In this document: positions 37,649-47,159 of the stretch, piece after piece
Numbering within the stretch: position 1 is the first letter of the stretch
Layout: every line of letters starts with the position of its first letter
Source of the DNA: Candidatus Omnitrophota bacterium
GTDB lineage: Bacteria > Omnitrophota > Gorgyraeia > Zapsychrales > Fredricksoniimonadaceae
Length of the DNA: 64,000 nucleotides
Reading direction: 5' to 3'
Assembly: GCA_903836515.1 (NCBI GenBank)
Contig: CAILQW010000038.1
Coordinates: forward strand, 8,942 to 72,941
Translations under genes and position numbers: made by a program
The notes under the pieces: generated by a model
Database searches by the model: none
Told to the model about the DNA's origin: nothing
The model's input: only the letters and a program-made list of their open reading frames with translations

Positions 37649-38385
37649 AGATCTACGGGAAAAATCCGGTGCTGGAACGCATCAAGGCGGATCCCCGGAG
37701 CATCCGGCATATTTTTGTCGAGACCGGGCACGCCGAACTCAAGTATATTTCGCTGAAAGCCAAGAAGTACGGCATTCCGGTGAGTGTTGTTCCGGCCACC
37801 AAGATGCTCAAACTGGGGCGCAGTTTCAACACGCAGGGGCTTCTCATTGATGTCGCGGACTTTGCGTATGCCGATTACGACGATCTTCTGGAAGAGGCTT
37901 CTGCCGCCGGAACGACCCTTATTTTCCTGGACGGCATCACCGATCCGCAGAATTTCGGGGCGATCCTGCGCACGGTGGCCTGCCTGGGCGGGTTTTCCGT
38001 TGTCATCCCCGTGCACGGTGCGGTCGAGGTGACCGATACGGTGACCCGTGTGGCCTGCGGCGGCGAGAACTATGTGAAGATATCCAAGGTCAATAACCTT
38101 AATAACGCCATTGAAAAGGCCAGGGCCAAGGGGTACTGGATCGCGGGCAGTGTGGTCAAGGATGGGGAGGATATCGCCCAGGTCAAGTTTCCTTTTCCGC
38201 TGGGGCTTGTCATAGGGTCCGAGGGCAAGGGGATCCGCGATATCACCCTGGGACGCATCGATATGCAATTGACGGTGCCTATGGCGCATCCGCGCCTTTC
38301 ACTCAACGCATCACATGCAACCACTTTGTTTTGCTATGAAATCAAAAAACAAAAAGACCAGCAGCCCAAAAAACGTCCGGCGTGA
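37645..38385 (+). CDS. SpoU/TrmH-class RNA 2'-O-methyltransferase (RlmB-like, with N-terminal substrate-binding domain)
   Basis: SPOUT motifs (LIFLDGITDPQNFGAILRT, LVIGSEGKGI). ATGA overlap with the GT2 gene. Confidence 0.75.
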   Translation: MKIYGKNPVLERIKADPRSIRHIFVETGHAELKYISLKAKKYGIPVSVVPATKMLKLGRSFNTQGLLIDVADFAYADYDDLLEEASAAGTTLIFLDGITDPQNFGAILRTVACLGGFSVVIPVHGAVEVTDTVTRVACGGENYVKISKVNNLNNAIEKARAKGYWIAGSVVKDGEDIAQVKFPFPLGLVIGSEGKGIRDITLGRIDMQLTVPMAHPRLSLNASHATTLFCYEIKKQKDQQPKKRPA

Positions 38386-38950
38386 CAACGCCCTCGATTT
38401 TTTCGCCGAAGCCGGGCTGCTCAAGCGCGTGAAGCGCAGCGGCTGGTGGGTGGCGGGGATCAAGGACCCGGAAAGCGTGGCGGATCACTGTTTCCGCTGT
38501 GCGGTCATCGGATTTTATATCGCCCATGAAGAGGGGGCCGACCCGTACCGTGTACTGGCCATGACCCTTTTTAACGATATCCATGAGGCGCGCATCAATG
38601 ACCTGCACAAGATGGGCCATTATTACATCGATTTCAAGGATGCTGAAAAACGCGTTTTCAAGGACCAGGTTGCCACACTGCCGCCTAAAGTCCGCGATGC
38701 TTTGACGGATATCCGCGGTGATTACGACACCCAGCTCACGCATGAAGCCCTGATCGCGCGCGATGCGGACATCCTCGAGTGCCTGGTGCAGGCGAGGGAA
38801 TACGAGGACAGCGGCCATCCTGTGGCGGAAAAGTTCCTCCAGCGTGCGCCGGGATTTCTCAAGACCCGTACCGCCAAACAGCTCTGGAAGGGCTTAAGGC
38901 GCTGGGATCCCGCCGCCTGGTGGCAGAATGTGGTCAAATTTGAACGCTGA
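38336..38950 (+). CDS. HD-domain phosphohydrolase (YfbR/HDDC2-like 5'-deoxynucleotidase)
   Basis: RSGWW...VADH...HDxxE...D motifs. Start uncertain because it overlaps the rlmB-like 3' end. Confidence 0.7.
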   Translation: MKSKNKKTSSPKNVRRDNALDFFAEAGLLKRVKRSGWWVAGIKDPESVADHCFRCAVIGFYIAHEEGADPYRVLAMTLFNDIHEARINDLHKMGHYYIDFKDAEKRVFKDQVATLPPKVRDALTDIRGDYDTQLTHEALIARDADILECLVQAREYEDSGHPVAEKFLQRAPGFLKTRTAKQLWKGLRRWDPAAWWQNVVKFER

Positions 38951-38998
38951 ACCCGTGCCGGCGCAGGTCGGCCTCACGCACAAGGACAGGCAGGGACA

Positions 38999-39280
38999 AT
39001 GAAAAGAATAGGGATAGCCGCCAGTCATATCGCCAAGGATGACCTTGTTCTTTACAATGTGTTTGTCATCCTTTTGTCATGCCTTTTGTCATTATTTATT
39101 TTTCTTGTTTCGGCGTTCACTGTCGCCGCAGGCATGGCGCTGACATCCTGGGCCACACGCGGGTTTATGGCCATTGATCCGGGTGCCATGCTGGTCAAGG
39201 TGTCGCTTGCGGGACTGGCCGCGGCAACGGGCCTGATCAATCTGACGGCAATCATGGTTAACATCAAATTCAAACGTTGA
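38999..39280 (+). CDS. Small 3-TM membrane protein, hypothetical; immediately precedes the hybrid kinase
   Basis: 93 aa with hydrophobic helices. 3-nt spacing to the next gene. Confidence 0.35.
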   Translation: MKRIGIAASHIAKDDLVLYNVFVILLSCLLSLFIFLVSAFTVAAGMALTSWATRGFMAIDPGAMLVKVSLAGLAAATGLINLTAIMVNIKFKR

Positions 39281-39283
39281 CGT

Positions 39284-41212
39284 ATGGCGCTCAATCACAC
39301 CCAGCTGCGTGACTTCATCAACGCGCTCAAGATCGGCATCTGCCGCACCAGCGTCGGCCCCGGCGCAGAATTTTTGTTCGCGAACACCGCTTTCGCGCAC
39401 ATGCTGGGGTATACGCCGGACGAATTGCTCGGCCGCCGGGCCGCGGATATTTTTGCGGTGTCGAAGCAGTTCCGGGAGATCCTGGCCCGCCTGAAGAAGG
39501 GCGACCCCCTGGACAATCATGAGGCCCTGCTGCGGCGCAAGAAGTCGGGGACGGTGTGGACATCCCTGTCGGTGACCGTCGAGTATGATGCGGCAGGGCG
39601 CGCGTGTTTCCTGGATTTTGTCGTTGAGGATATTACCCGTCAGAAAGAGATTGAAAAGGATCTCAGCCGTTCCAGGGAGCTTTTCAAGGTGATCTTCGAC
39701 AACTCCGCCGCAGCGATCACCGTGACGGACAAGGACGAGAAGGTGATCGCATGGAATCCTTTTGCCGAACAGATGTTTGAAATGACGCGGGAGGATTTTT
39801 TCAACAAGCCGGTCAAGGCCCTTTACCCGGACCGTGAATGGCGCAAGATGCGCAAGCTCAATATCCGCCGCAAAGGCGTTGTGTCAGGCATCATGACCAA
39901 GGTCATCAAGAAGGACGGGACGACCCTTGATGTGGACGCATCCATTTCGATCATCCGGGACGCGCAGGGGAACATGGCCGGTTGTATCGGGATCCTGCGG
40001 GATATTTCCAAGCAGCGGCGTATTCAGGAAATGCTGGTCAAGGCCAGGCTGGAGGCGGAAGAGGCCAACAGTTCCAAAAGCCTTTTTCTTGCCAAGATGT
40101 CGCATGAGCTGCGTACACCGATGAACGCCATCATGGGGATGCTCGACCTGACGCTGGATACGGGCCTTACCGCCGAACAGCATGAGAATCTGAAGGTGGC
40201 CAAGGATGCCGCCGGGAATCTGTTGCGGCTCATCAATGACATTCTGGATATTTCGCGCGCCGAGGCGGGCAAGATATCCGTCGACGCGATCGAGATCTCG
40301 CTGGCGGAGATCATCCGCAGTGTCTGCCGGGGCCTGCAGATCCTGGCACAGAACAAGAGCCTTTATTTGAACTGGGATGTAGCGCCGGACGTGCCGCCGC
40401 TGGTGATGGGCGACCCCGTGCGTATCCGGCAGATCATCATCAATCTCGTCAACAATGCTATCAAGTTCACGCACAAGGGCGGCGTGACCGTCAGTGTCAG
40501 CCTGCAGGCGGCCCGCACGCAGGATTGCGATGTTCTTTTTGCGGTCCGGGATACGGGCATCGGCATTCCTCCGGAAAAGCAGTCCCGTATTTTTGAGATG
40601 TTCAGCCAGGCCGATGAGCAGACAGCGCGCCGTTACGGCGGGACAGGGCTGGGGCTGGTTATTTCCCGGAAGCTGGCCGAGCTGATGGGGGGCCGTTTGT
40701 GGGTGGAGAGCCCCGAGGGCGGCGGGAGCGCTTTTAATTTTATTTTAAGACTGCCTGTCAGTACCAGGCCCGCGGAAACAGCGCGGGTGGACGCCGGGCA
40801 TGCGGTGTCGCCCCAGGATGATGTGGGGCGGCTGAAGATCCTTCTGGCCGAGGACAACCTTGTGAACCAGAAGATCGCGGTGCGCATCCTGGAAAAACGC
40901 GGCTGGGATGTTGTGGCTGTCAATAATGGCAAGGAAGCCGTTGAGGCGCTGGGCAAATCCCGTTTTGACATGGTCTTGATGGATGATCACATGCCCGAGA
41001 TGAGCGGGGTCGAGGCGGTGGCTGTCATACGGACCGAGGAGCGACAGACAGGGCTTCATGTCCCCATCATTGCCATGACGGCTAACGCCATGGCCGGCGA
41101 CCGTGAGAAATATTTTGCGGCGGGGATGGATGGTTATGTTTCCAAGCCCGTGGACCGGGCACAGCTTTTTCAGGAAATCATTAATCTTGTCAAACAAAGG
41201 AAAGAGGATTAA
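39284..41212 (+). CDS. Hybrid sensor histidine kinase (PAS-PAS-HisKA-HATPase_c-REC), cytoplasmic
   Basis: H-box SHELRTPMNAI, HATPase (DTGIGI, GGTGLGL), and C-terminal receiver (LLAEDN...D...K). Confidence 0.85.
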   Translation: MALNHTQLRDFINALKIGICRTSVGPGAEFLFANTAFAHMLGYTPDELLGRRAADIFAVSKQFREILARLKKGDPLDNHEALLRRKKSGTVWTSLSVTVEYDAAGRACFLDFVVEDITRQKEIEKDLSRSRELFKVIFDNSAAAITVTDKDEKVIAWNPFAEQMFEMTREDFFNKPVKALYPDREWRKMRKLNIRRKGVVSGIMTKVIKKDGTTLDVDASISIIRDAQGNMAGCIGILRDISKQRRIQEMLVKARLEAEEANSSKSLFLAKMSHELRTPMNAIMGMLDLTLDTGLTAEQHENLKVAKDAAGNLLRLINDILDISRAEAGKISVDAIEISLAEIIRSVCRGLQILAQNKSLYLNWDVAPDVPPLVMGDPVRIRQIIINLVNNAIKFTHKGGVTVSVSLQAARTQDCDVLFAVRDTGIGIPPEKQSRIFEMFSQADEQTARRYGGTGLGLVISRKLAELMGGRLWVESPEGGGSAFNFILRLPVSTRPAETARVDAGHAVSPQDDVGRLKILLAEDNLVNQKIAVRILEKRGWDVVAVNNGKEAVEALGKSRFDMVLMDDHMPEMSGVEAVAVIRTEERQTGLHVPIIAMTANAMAGDREKYFAAGMDGYVSKPVDRAQLFQEIINLVKQRKED

Positions 41213-41215
41213 GTG

Positions 41216-41572
41216 ATGGATATCATTGATCTGAAGGATGCCATGGAGCGTGTCCAGGATGACAAGGAGCTTTTACTGGAACTTTTTGATATTTTTACAG
41301 AAGATTTTACGGGAAAGTACGCGGCGCTTCAGGAGGCGTACCGCAAGGGGGATTGCGCGGCTTTTCAGATGATTTCCCACGGGCTCAAAGGGGCGACGGG
41401 GAATATTTCCGCCAGCCGGATGCACGCCAACTGCATCGCCCTTGACCTTATGGGCAAGAACTGTGATGTTTCCGGCGCCGGGCCGGCGGTTAATGCCCTT
41501 GGCCGCCAGTTTGATGAATTTGTTGCCGAAGCCGCACGGATCAGGAAGGAATTCGGCCAGGGCGGCCAGTGA
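41216..41572 (+). CDS. Hpt (histidine phosphotransfer) domain protein
   Basis: ISHGLKGATGNISA contains the phospho-accepting His. Confidence 0.7.
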   Translation: MDIIDLKDAMERVQDDKELLLELFDIFTEDFTGKYAALQEAYRKGDCAAFQMISHGLKGATGNISASRMHANCIALDLMGKNCDVSGAGPAVNALGRQFDEFVAEAARIRKEFGQGGQ

Positions 41573-42258
41573 TGGCGCCGGTGCCGGCGCTTATCGGCGG
41601 GGCGTTACTGGTTTTTGGGGGGGTGGCGTATGGAGCTGCCCGCTGGGGGCGTCGGGACGTCTCCCGGAAGAAAAAGAGCCGGAAAGAAACGCCGGCTGCC
41701 GTTACTCCGTCCCGTGATGCGGCCCAGGATGCGCTGCGTTTCGAGCGCCGTATTCAAATGCTTGAGAACGCCCTGCAGGTTGCCCAGGATGCCCAGAAAG
41801 AGAAGGACGGGGAAGTCCAGCGGCTGGGCACGGCCATCGGCAGCCTTGAGCGGGAACTGGCGCAGGAGACGTTGTGGCGGCAGAAGGAAGAATTGTCGGC
41901 GTTGAAGGAGAAAAAGCAGGAGGATGCCCTGCGGGCTGAATTGGACAGGTTGAACGCGGCCCTCCACACAGAAGCGGCCCAGCGCATCCGTTACGACCAT
42001 GAACGCCAGGATCTTCGTCGTGAAAGGGATGTTTTTTTGTCCGATGTGAGAAAGTTGACAGGACAGAACAATGATCTTGAACGCCGCCTGAGAGAGCTTG
42101 CGGAAGAAACCGGGGCGCTGCGGGCCGAGAACCTCAGGCTGAAGGTCAAGAAAGAATCCGACCGGTGGGTGGCCAAGGACGATTTTGACAAGGCCCGGAC
42201 AATGCTGGAGAACGCCCGGCAGGAAATAGATAGGTTGAAGGCCCTTTTGCCCGCTTAA
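41572..42258 (+). CDS. Membrane-anchored long coiled-coil protein, hypothetical
   Basis: N-terminal TM (PALIGGALLVFGGVAYGAA), then Arg/Glu/Leu-rich heptad repeats over ~190 aa. Confidence 0.45.
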   Translation: MAPVPALIGGALLVFGGVAYGAARWGRRDVSRKKKSRKETPAAVTPSRDAAQDALRFERRIQMLENALQVAQDAQKEKDGEVQRLGTAIGSLERELAQETLWRQKEELSALKEKKQEDALRAELDRLNAALHTEAAQRIRYDHERQDLRRERDVFLSDVRKLTGQNNDLERRLRELAEETGALRAENLRLKVKKESDRWVAKDDFDKARTMLENARQEIDRLKALLPA

Positions 42259-42316
42259 TATCGCCGCGCCCAAGATGCGCGGTGGACAAAAATCCCTGAG
42301 AGACAAGGAGCTTCGT

Positions 42317-43345
42317 ATGTCTTTTGAATACCGTAAACGCCTCCCTGTGGTGGAGGCGATCCTGGAGCAGCTGCCTGTGAGCCCTGAGCTCGCGGCCGTC
42401 AAGCGCTCGCGTGACCGTGAGGTCGCTGACATCATCACGGGTAAAAGTCCGAAGTTCCTGGTGATCATCGGGCCCTGCTCGGCGGATAATGAAGACGCGG
42501 TGTGCGCGTATGTTGCCCGGCTCGCCACCCTCCAGGCCCGTGTGCAGGACCGGCTGGTCCTTTTACCGCGTATTTATACCAACAAGCCGCGCACCACCGG
42601 TATTGGCTACAAGGGTATGGCGCATCAGCCGGATCCTAACGAAGACCCCAACATTGTCGAGGGGCTCATCGCCATCCGCCGGATGCATATCCGCGCGCTG
42701 CGCGAATCGGGCTTGAGCGCGGCCGACGAGATGCTGTATCCGGAGAATTATCCTTATCTGAAAGATTTGCTCAGTTATGTGGCCATCGGAGCGCGATCCG
42801 TCGAGAACCAGGCGCACCGCCTGACGGCCAGCGGGCTTGACGTGCCGGCGGGGATGAAGAATCCGACGAGCGGTGATGTGAGCGTGATGCTCAATTCGGT
42901 CAGGGCGGCCCAGTCGCCGCATATTTTTTCCTACAACGGGTGGGAAGTCGCCACGACAGGAAATCCCCTCACGCATGCCATTTTGCGCGGTGCCATGAGC
43001 CCGTTCGGCCGGCCTTTGCCCAATCATCATTACGAGGATATTATTCATCTGCGCAAGCTTTATGCGGAATCGGGCCTGGAGCATCCTGCGGTGGTGATCG
43101 ATGTCAGCCATGCCAATTCCAGCCGCCAGTTCCGGGAACAGCCGCGTGTGGCGCAGGAAGTGGTCAACAGCCTGAAATTCGAGCCGCAGCTGAGGCCGTT
43201 TGTCCGTGGGATCATGGTCGAAAGTTATCTTGTGGAAGGATCGCAGGATGTCGGCGGCGGGGTTTACGGCAAGTCGATCACCGATGCCTGCCTGGGCTGG
43301 GAAGATTCGCAGGCACTTGTCCTGCGCCTCGCGGAACAGGTTTAG
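42317..43345 (+). CDS. 3-deoxy-7-phosphoheptulonate (DAHP) synthase, class I-alpha (AroG/F/H-like)
   Basis: GPCS, KPRT, and IGAR motifs. M15 of ORF 42275 with CAAGGAG RBS. Confidence 0.85.
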   Translation: MSFEYRKRLPVVEAILEQLPVSPELAAVKRSRDREVADIITGKSPKFLVIIGPCSADNEDAVCAYVARLATLQARVQDRLVLLPRIYTNKPRTTGIGYKGMAHQPDPNEDPNIVEGLIAIRRMHIRALRESGLSAADEMLYPENYPYLKDLLSYVAIGARSVENQAHRLTASGLDVPAGMKNPTSGDVSVMLNSVRAAQSPHIFSYNGWEVATTGNPLTHAILRGAMSPFGRPLPNHHYEDIIHLRKLYAESGLEHPAVVIDVSHANSSRQFREQPRVAQEVVNSLKFEPQLRPFVRGIMVESYLVEGSQDVGGGVYGKSITDACLGWEDSQALVLRLAEQV

Positions 43346-43393
43346 TACGGCCGGTCGGGAAATGGGCGCCATGGGCGCGTAAGGCGGTAGAAC

Positions 43394-44584
43394 GTGCGTT
43401 TGTTTTCACGGCGAACACAATGGGATCTGTGCGAGAATCCCCTGTCTCTCGAGCTTGACCGGATGCGGGCCGCTGGGGTGCCTTTTTTTGACCTTACGGA
43501 ATCGAATCCGACGCGCGCCGGCCTTCTTGCCCCGCAGGATACGCTGCTGGCCCCTTTGCTGGACCCCGTCAATTTGCGTTACGATCCGCATCCCAAGGGG
43601 ATGCTCTCGGCCCGTTTGGCCGTGGCACGTTATTACGCCGCCAAGGGCATCCAGGTCCCTGTGGAACATATCATCCTGACGTCAGGATCTTCCGAGGCGT
43701 ATACATTTCTCTTCCGCCTGCTTATGGATCCTCATGACCGCATCCTGCTGCCGGTGCCCGGGTATCCCTTGTTTTCCTACCTGGCGGGGCTTAATGATGT
43801 GGAGACGGTTTTTTACCGCCTGTGTTTTGACGGAGAATCCTGGCGGATCGATTTCGACTTCCTCCGGCAGGCAGCCCGGCGGGGTGCCAAGGCGGTGGTG
43901 CTTGTCAGCCCCAACAATCCGACAGGATCGTGTGTGCGGCCCGGGGAGATTGCGTTGTTGAACACCTTATGCACGGATATGGGCATGGCCATCATCAGCG
44001 ATGAGGTGTTTGCGGATTATGTTTTTGACAGGGTGAGGACGCCCTGCCCGAGCCTTGCGGCCAATACCGGCGCACTCAGTTTTGCGCTGGGCGGATTGTC
44101 CAAAGCGCTGGCCCTGCCCCAGATGAAAATGGGCTGGATCGCCGTCAACGGCCCCGCGGACGAGGTGGCCGAGGCGCTCAGCCGCCTCGAGGTGATCGCC
44201 GACACGTATTTGTCTGTTAATACGCCTGTCCAGCATGCTTCAGCGGTATGGCTGCAAGCGCGCGAGGCCATCAGCGCACCGGTCATGGCGCGGGTCCGTT
44301 CCAATTACGGGCACCTTCTTGCCGCGGCGGCGGTAGCAGGGGTGCAGGTTCTGCCCGTGGAAGGCGGGTGGTATGCGGTCCTGCGTACGGAGATGGGGAT
44401 GCCCGGCGATGTCTGGGCCCTGAAGCTTTTAGAACAGCGGCATGTTTTTGTACATCCCGGGTTTTTCTTCGATTTTGAAGAGGAAGATTTCTTTGTGCTC
44501 AGCCTTTTGCCGCAGGAGGATGTTTTCCGGGAAGGCGTGGCGGCGCTTTTCAGCTTTACGGGGGCGCAGGCCGCCGGGCGGTAA
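43394..44584 (+). CDS. PLP-dependent class I/II aminotransferase
   Basis: NPTG, SDEVFADYVF, and GGLSKA (Lys) motifs. Confidence 0.7.
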   Translation: MRLFSRRTQWDLCENPLSLELDRMRAAGVPFFDLTESNPTRAGLLAPQDTLLAPLLDPVNLRYDPHPKGMLSARLAVARYYAAKGIQVPVEHIILTSGSSEAYTFLFRLLMDPHDRILLPVPGYPLFSYLAGLNDVETVFYRLCFDGESWRIDFDFLRQAARRGAKAVVLVSPNNPTGSCVRPGEIALLNTLCTDMGMAIISDEVFADYVFDRVRTPCPSLAANTGALSFALGGLSKALALPQMKMGWIAVNGPADEVAEALSRLEVIADTYLSVNTPVQHASAVWLQAREAISAPVMARVRSNYGHLLAAAAVAGVQVLPVEGGWYAVLRTEMGMPGDVWALKLLEQRHVFVHPGFFFDFEEEDFFVLSLLPQEDVFREGVAALFSFTGAQAAGR

Positions 44585-44660
44585 GGCGTTATTTTTTAGA
44601 GGACGTGCCCCGTCGTATCTGTTAATATATACATTTAACCTGAACCTGAGGTGACCTGCC

Positions 44661-45134
44661 ATGGCCAGACCCGACTGGGATGAGTATTTCATGAAGCTTG
44701 CGATGATCGCTTCCGAGCGTGCAACCTGCCCGCGGATGCATTGCGGCTGTGTCCTGGTCAAGGACCGCGAGGTCATTGCCACGGGGTATAACGGGTCCAT
44801 CCCCGGGGATGTCCATTGCGAGGATGCCGGATGCCTGATTGTGGACAATCATTGTGTGCGCACCAATCATGCGGAGATGAACGCGATCACCCAGGCCGCG
44901 CGCAAGGGGCATGTTATCGACGGTGCGATGGCGTATGTCACGAATATGCCCTGCACGACCTGCGCCAAGGCGCTGATCGCCGCGGGGATCAAGCGGGTGG
45001 TGGTTTTTTCCGATTACCACAGCACGCTGGCCACGGATTTCTTTGCCCGGGCCAAGGTTGTCATCGACAAGGTTGCCATGCCCTCCAAGCAGATCGTGTA
45101 TGATCTTGAAAAATACACGTCGGCCAGGAAATAG
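44661..45134 (+). CDS. dCMP/cytidine deaminase (ComEB-like)
   Basis: HAEMNAI and PCTTCAKALI zinc ligands. Confidence 0.85.
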   Translation: MARPDWDEYFMKLAMIASERATCPRMHCGCVLVKDREVIATGYNGSIPGDVHCEDAGCLIVDNHCVRTNHAEMNAITQAARKGHVIDGAMAYVTNMPCTTCAKALIAAGIKRVVVFSDYHSTLATDFFARAKVVIDKVAMPSKQIVYDLEKYTSARK

Positions 45135-45139
45135 TGAAC

Positions 45140-46333
45140 ATGCTGCGCATCCATAACGGGCGGATCACCGACGGTGCCGGTCCCGTTGTTTTAAAAGGGG
45201 TTAACCTCGGCGGATGGCTTATGCCCGAGGGGTATATCATGCATGCGCCCAACCGGGGGTATCATCTGTTCCGCCGGGATTTTGTCCGCAAACTCGGGGA
45301 GGATGCCTGCCGCAGCATGGAGCGGTCTTTCCGGGATGCCTTCATCGTTGAAAATGATGTGGCGCGCATCGCCGGGTGCGGCTTTAACTGTATCCGGCTG
45401 CCGTTTCATTACGGCCTGATCGAAGAAAGCCCTTACGTGTATTCCCATGACGGCGTGGGCTATCTGGACAGGGCCGTGCGCTGGGCCCGGCAGCATGATG
45501 TGCGCGTGATCCTGGATATGCATGCGGTCCCCGGCGCCCAGAATCATGACTGGCATTCCGATTCCGGCGGGAAGGCGGCGTTCTGGGAGAAAAAGACATT
45601 CCAGCATCGGGCGCTGGCGCTTTGGGAATTTTTGGCGGACCGCTATAAAGATGAGCCGGCTGTGGCCGGGTATGACCTTTTGAATGAAAGCGTGGCGGCT
45701 GATCCCTCGATCCTGAACGCCTATTATCATGCGGCGATCCGCCGTATTCGCGGCATTGACACCGCGCATATTATTTTTATCGAGGGCAACCGCTGGGCGC
45801 AGGACCTGGAATGCCTGGATCATTTCGAGGATGCCCAGCTCGCGCTCAGTTTTCATTTTTATGAACCGCTGGAGTTCACGTTCAATTTTGTGCCGGGATT
45901 GAGATACCCTTTATCCGGCGGCAAATCGCGCTGGGACAAGGCTTTTATGCGGCAACGTCTCCTGGGAACCGTGAAGCTGGCGCGCAAACAGGGGCGGGCA
46001 CTATGGTGCGGCGAGTTCGGGGTGCATGCCCGCGATGGCTTCTATGGCGAAGACCGATGGCTAGCGGATATTCTCGGCGCTTTTAAGGCCATGGACATCC
46101 ATTGGACTTATTGGACATGGAAAGCGGTCAGGCATTTCATGTTCCCGGACGGGGTTTACAGTTACCGGGAGAATCCGCCGTGGGTGAACCGCCCGGGGCC
46201 TCTGACCGGATGGGATACCTGGGCTGACTGCTGGCAGGACAGGCAGAAAGATATGGCGGCTTCGTGGAAGACGGAGAATTTTGTCGCCAATACGAAGATT
46301 CTGACGGTGTTAAAGAAGGCGGCCGGGAAGTAG
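45140..46333 (+). CDS. Glycoside hydrolase family 5 protein (cellulase-like), apparently cytoplasmic
   Basis: GH5 motifs (NCIRLPF, conserved NE/EFG catalytic Glu pair: LNES, GEFG). The ORF track starts at GTG 45134. Confidence 0.7.
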   Translation: MLRIHNGRITDGAGPVVLKGVNLGGWLMPEGYIMHAPNRGYHLFRRDFVRKLGEDACRSMERSFRDAFIVENDVARIAGCGFNCIRLPFHYGLIEESPYVYSHDGVGYLDRAVRWARQHDVRVILDMHAVPGAQNHDWHSDSGGKAAFWEKKTFQHRALALWEFLADRYKDEPAVAGYDLLNESVAADPSILNAYYHAAIRRIRGIDTAHIIFIEGNRWAQDLECLDHFEDAQLALSFHFYEPLEFTFNFVPGLRYPLSGGKSRWDKAFMRQRLLGTVKLARKQGRALWCGEFGVHARDGFYGEDRWLADILGAFKAMDIHWTYWTWKAVRHFMFPDGVYSYRENPPWVNRPGPLTGWDTWADCWQDRQKDMAASWKTENFVANTKILTVLKKAAGK

Positions 46334-46355
46334 GGATATCGGACAAGGACGGGCT

Positions 46356-47159
46356 ATGGTGATCGAGAAAATATCAAGTGTACAGAACGCGGGCATCAAG
46401 CGTGTCGTGCGCCTGCGGACCAAAAAAAGCCGCGAGGCCCGGGGGTTGACCATCGTTGAGGGGCATCGCGAGGTTGGCCAGGCGTTGGCGGCAGGGCTGC
46501 GTTTCATGTGTGTCTATATCTGCCGGGAGGGCCTTTACCATTGCGATGAGGCATTGGTCGGGCGGCTTGAGGCCAAAGGGGTCAAGATCTTTGACACCGG
46601 ATGTGCCGTTTTCGGCAAGATGTGTTACGGCGACCGGGCGGAAGGTGTTCTGGGGCTGGTCGAACAGCCGCAGCTGACGCTCGAGGGGGTCAAGCTCGGT
46701 CCTGCCCCGCTCGTACTGGTCATGGAGCGCGTGGAAAAGCCCGGCAATCTGGGGGCGGCACTGCGGACCGCGGACGCAGCGGGTGTGGAGGCGCTCTTGG
46801 TGTGTGATGAAAAGACGGATATTTACAATCCCAATGTCATCCGCGCCAGCCTGGGGGCCGTATTTGCCGTTCCGACCGTAGCGTGTACCAACAAGGAGGC
46901 CCTGGCCTTCCTGCGGGCGCGGGGTATTCGCACGTTCGCGGCGGTGGTGCAGGCCGAAGCGTATTATTTCGACAGGGACATGTCCGGCCCCTGCGCGATC
47001 ATCATGGGCAGTGAACAGGACGGGTTAAGCGACTTTTGGCGCCGCAATGCGGATGAGCAGGTCCGGATCCCCATGCAGGGGAAGGTGGATTCGCTCAATG
47101 TGTCCGTGTCCGCCGCGGTCATGGTCTATGAATCTCTCAGACAAAGAAGGCGGCTATGA
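46356..47159 (+). CDS. TrmH-family tRNA/rRNA 2'-O-methyltransferase (SPOUT)
   Basis: SPOUT motifs (LVMERVEKPGNLGAALRTADAAG, IIMGSEQDGLS). Confidence 0.75.
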   Translation: MVIEKISSVQNAGIKRVVRLRTKKSREARGLTIVEGHREVGQALAAGLRFMCVYICREGLYHCDEALVGRLEAKGVKIFDTGCAVFGKMCYGDRAEGVLGLVEQPQLTLEGVKLGPAPLVLVMERVEKPGNLGAALRTADAAGVEALLVCDEKTDIYNPNVIRASLGAVFAVPTVACTNKEALAFLRARGIRTFAAVVQAEAYYFDRDMSGPCAIIMGSEQDGLSDFWRRNADEQVRIPMQGKVDSLNVSVSAAVMVYESLRQRRRL

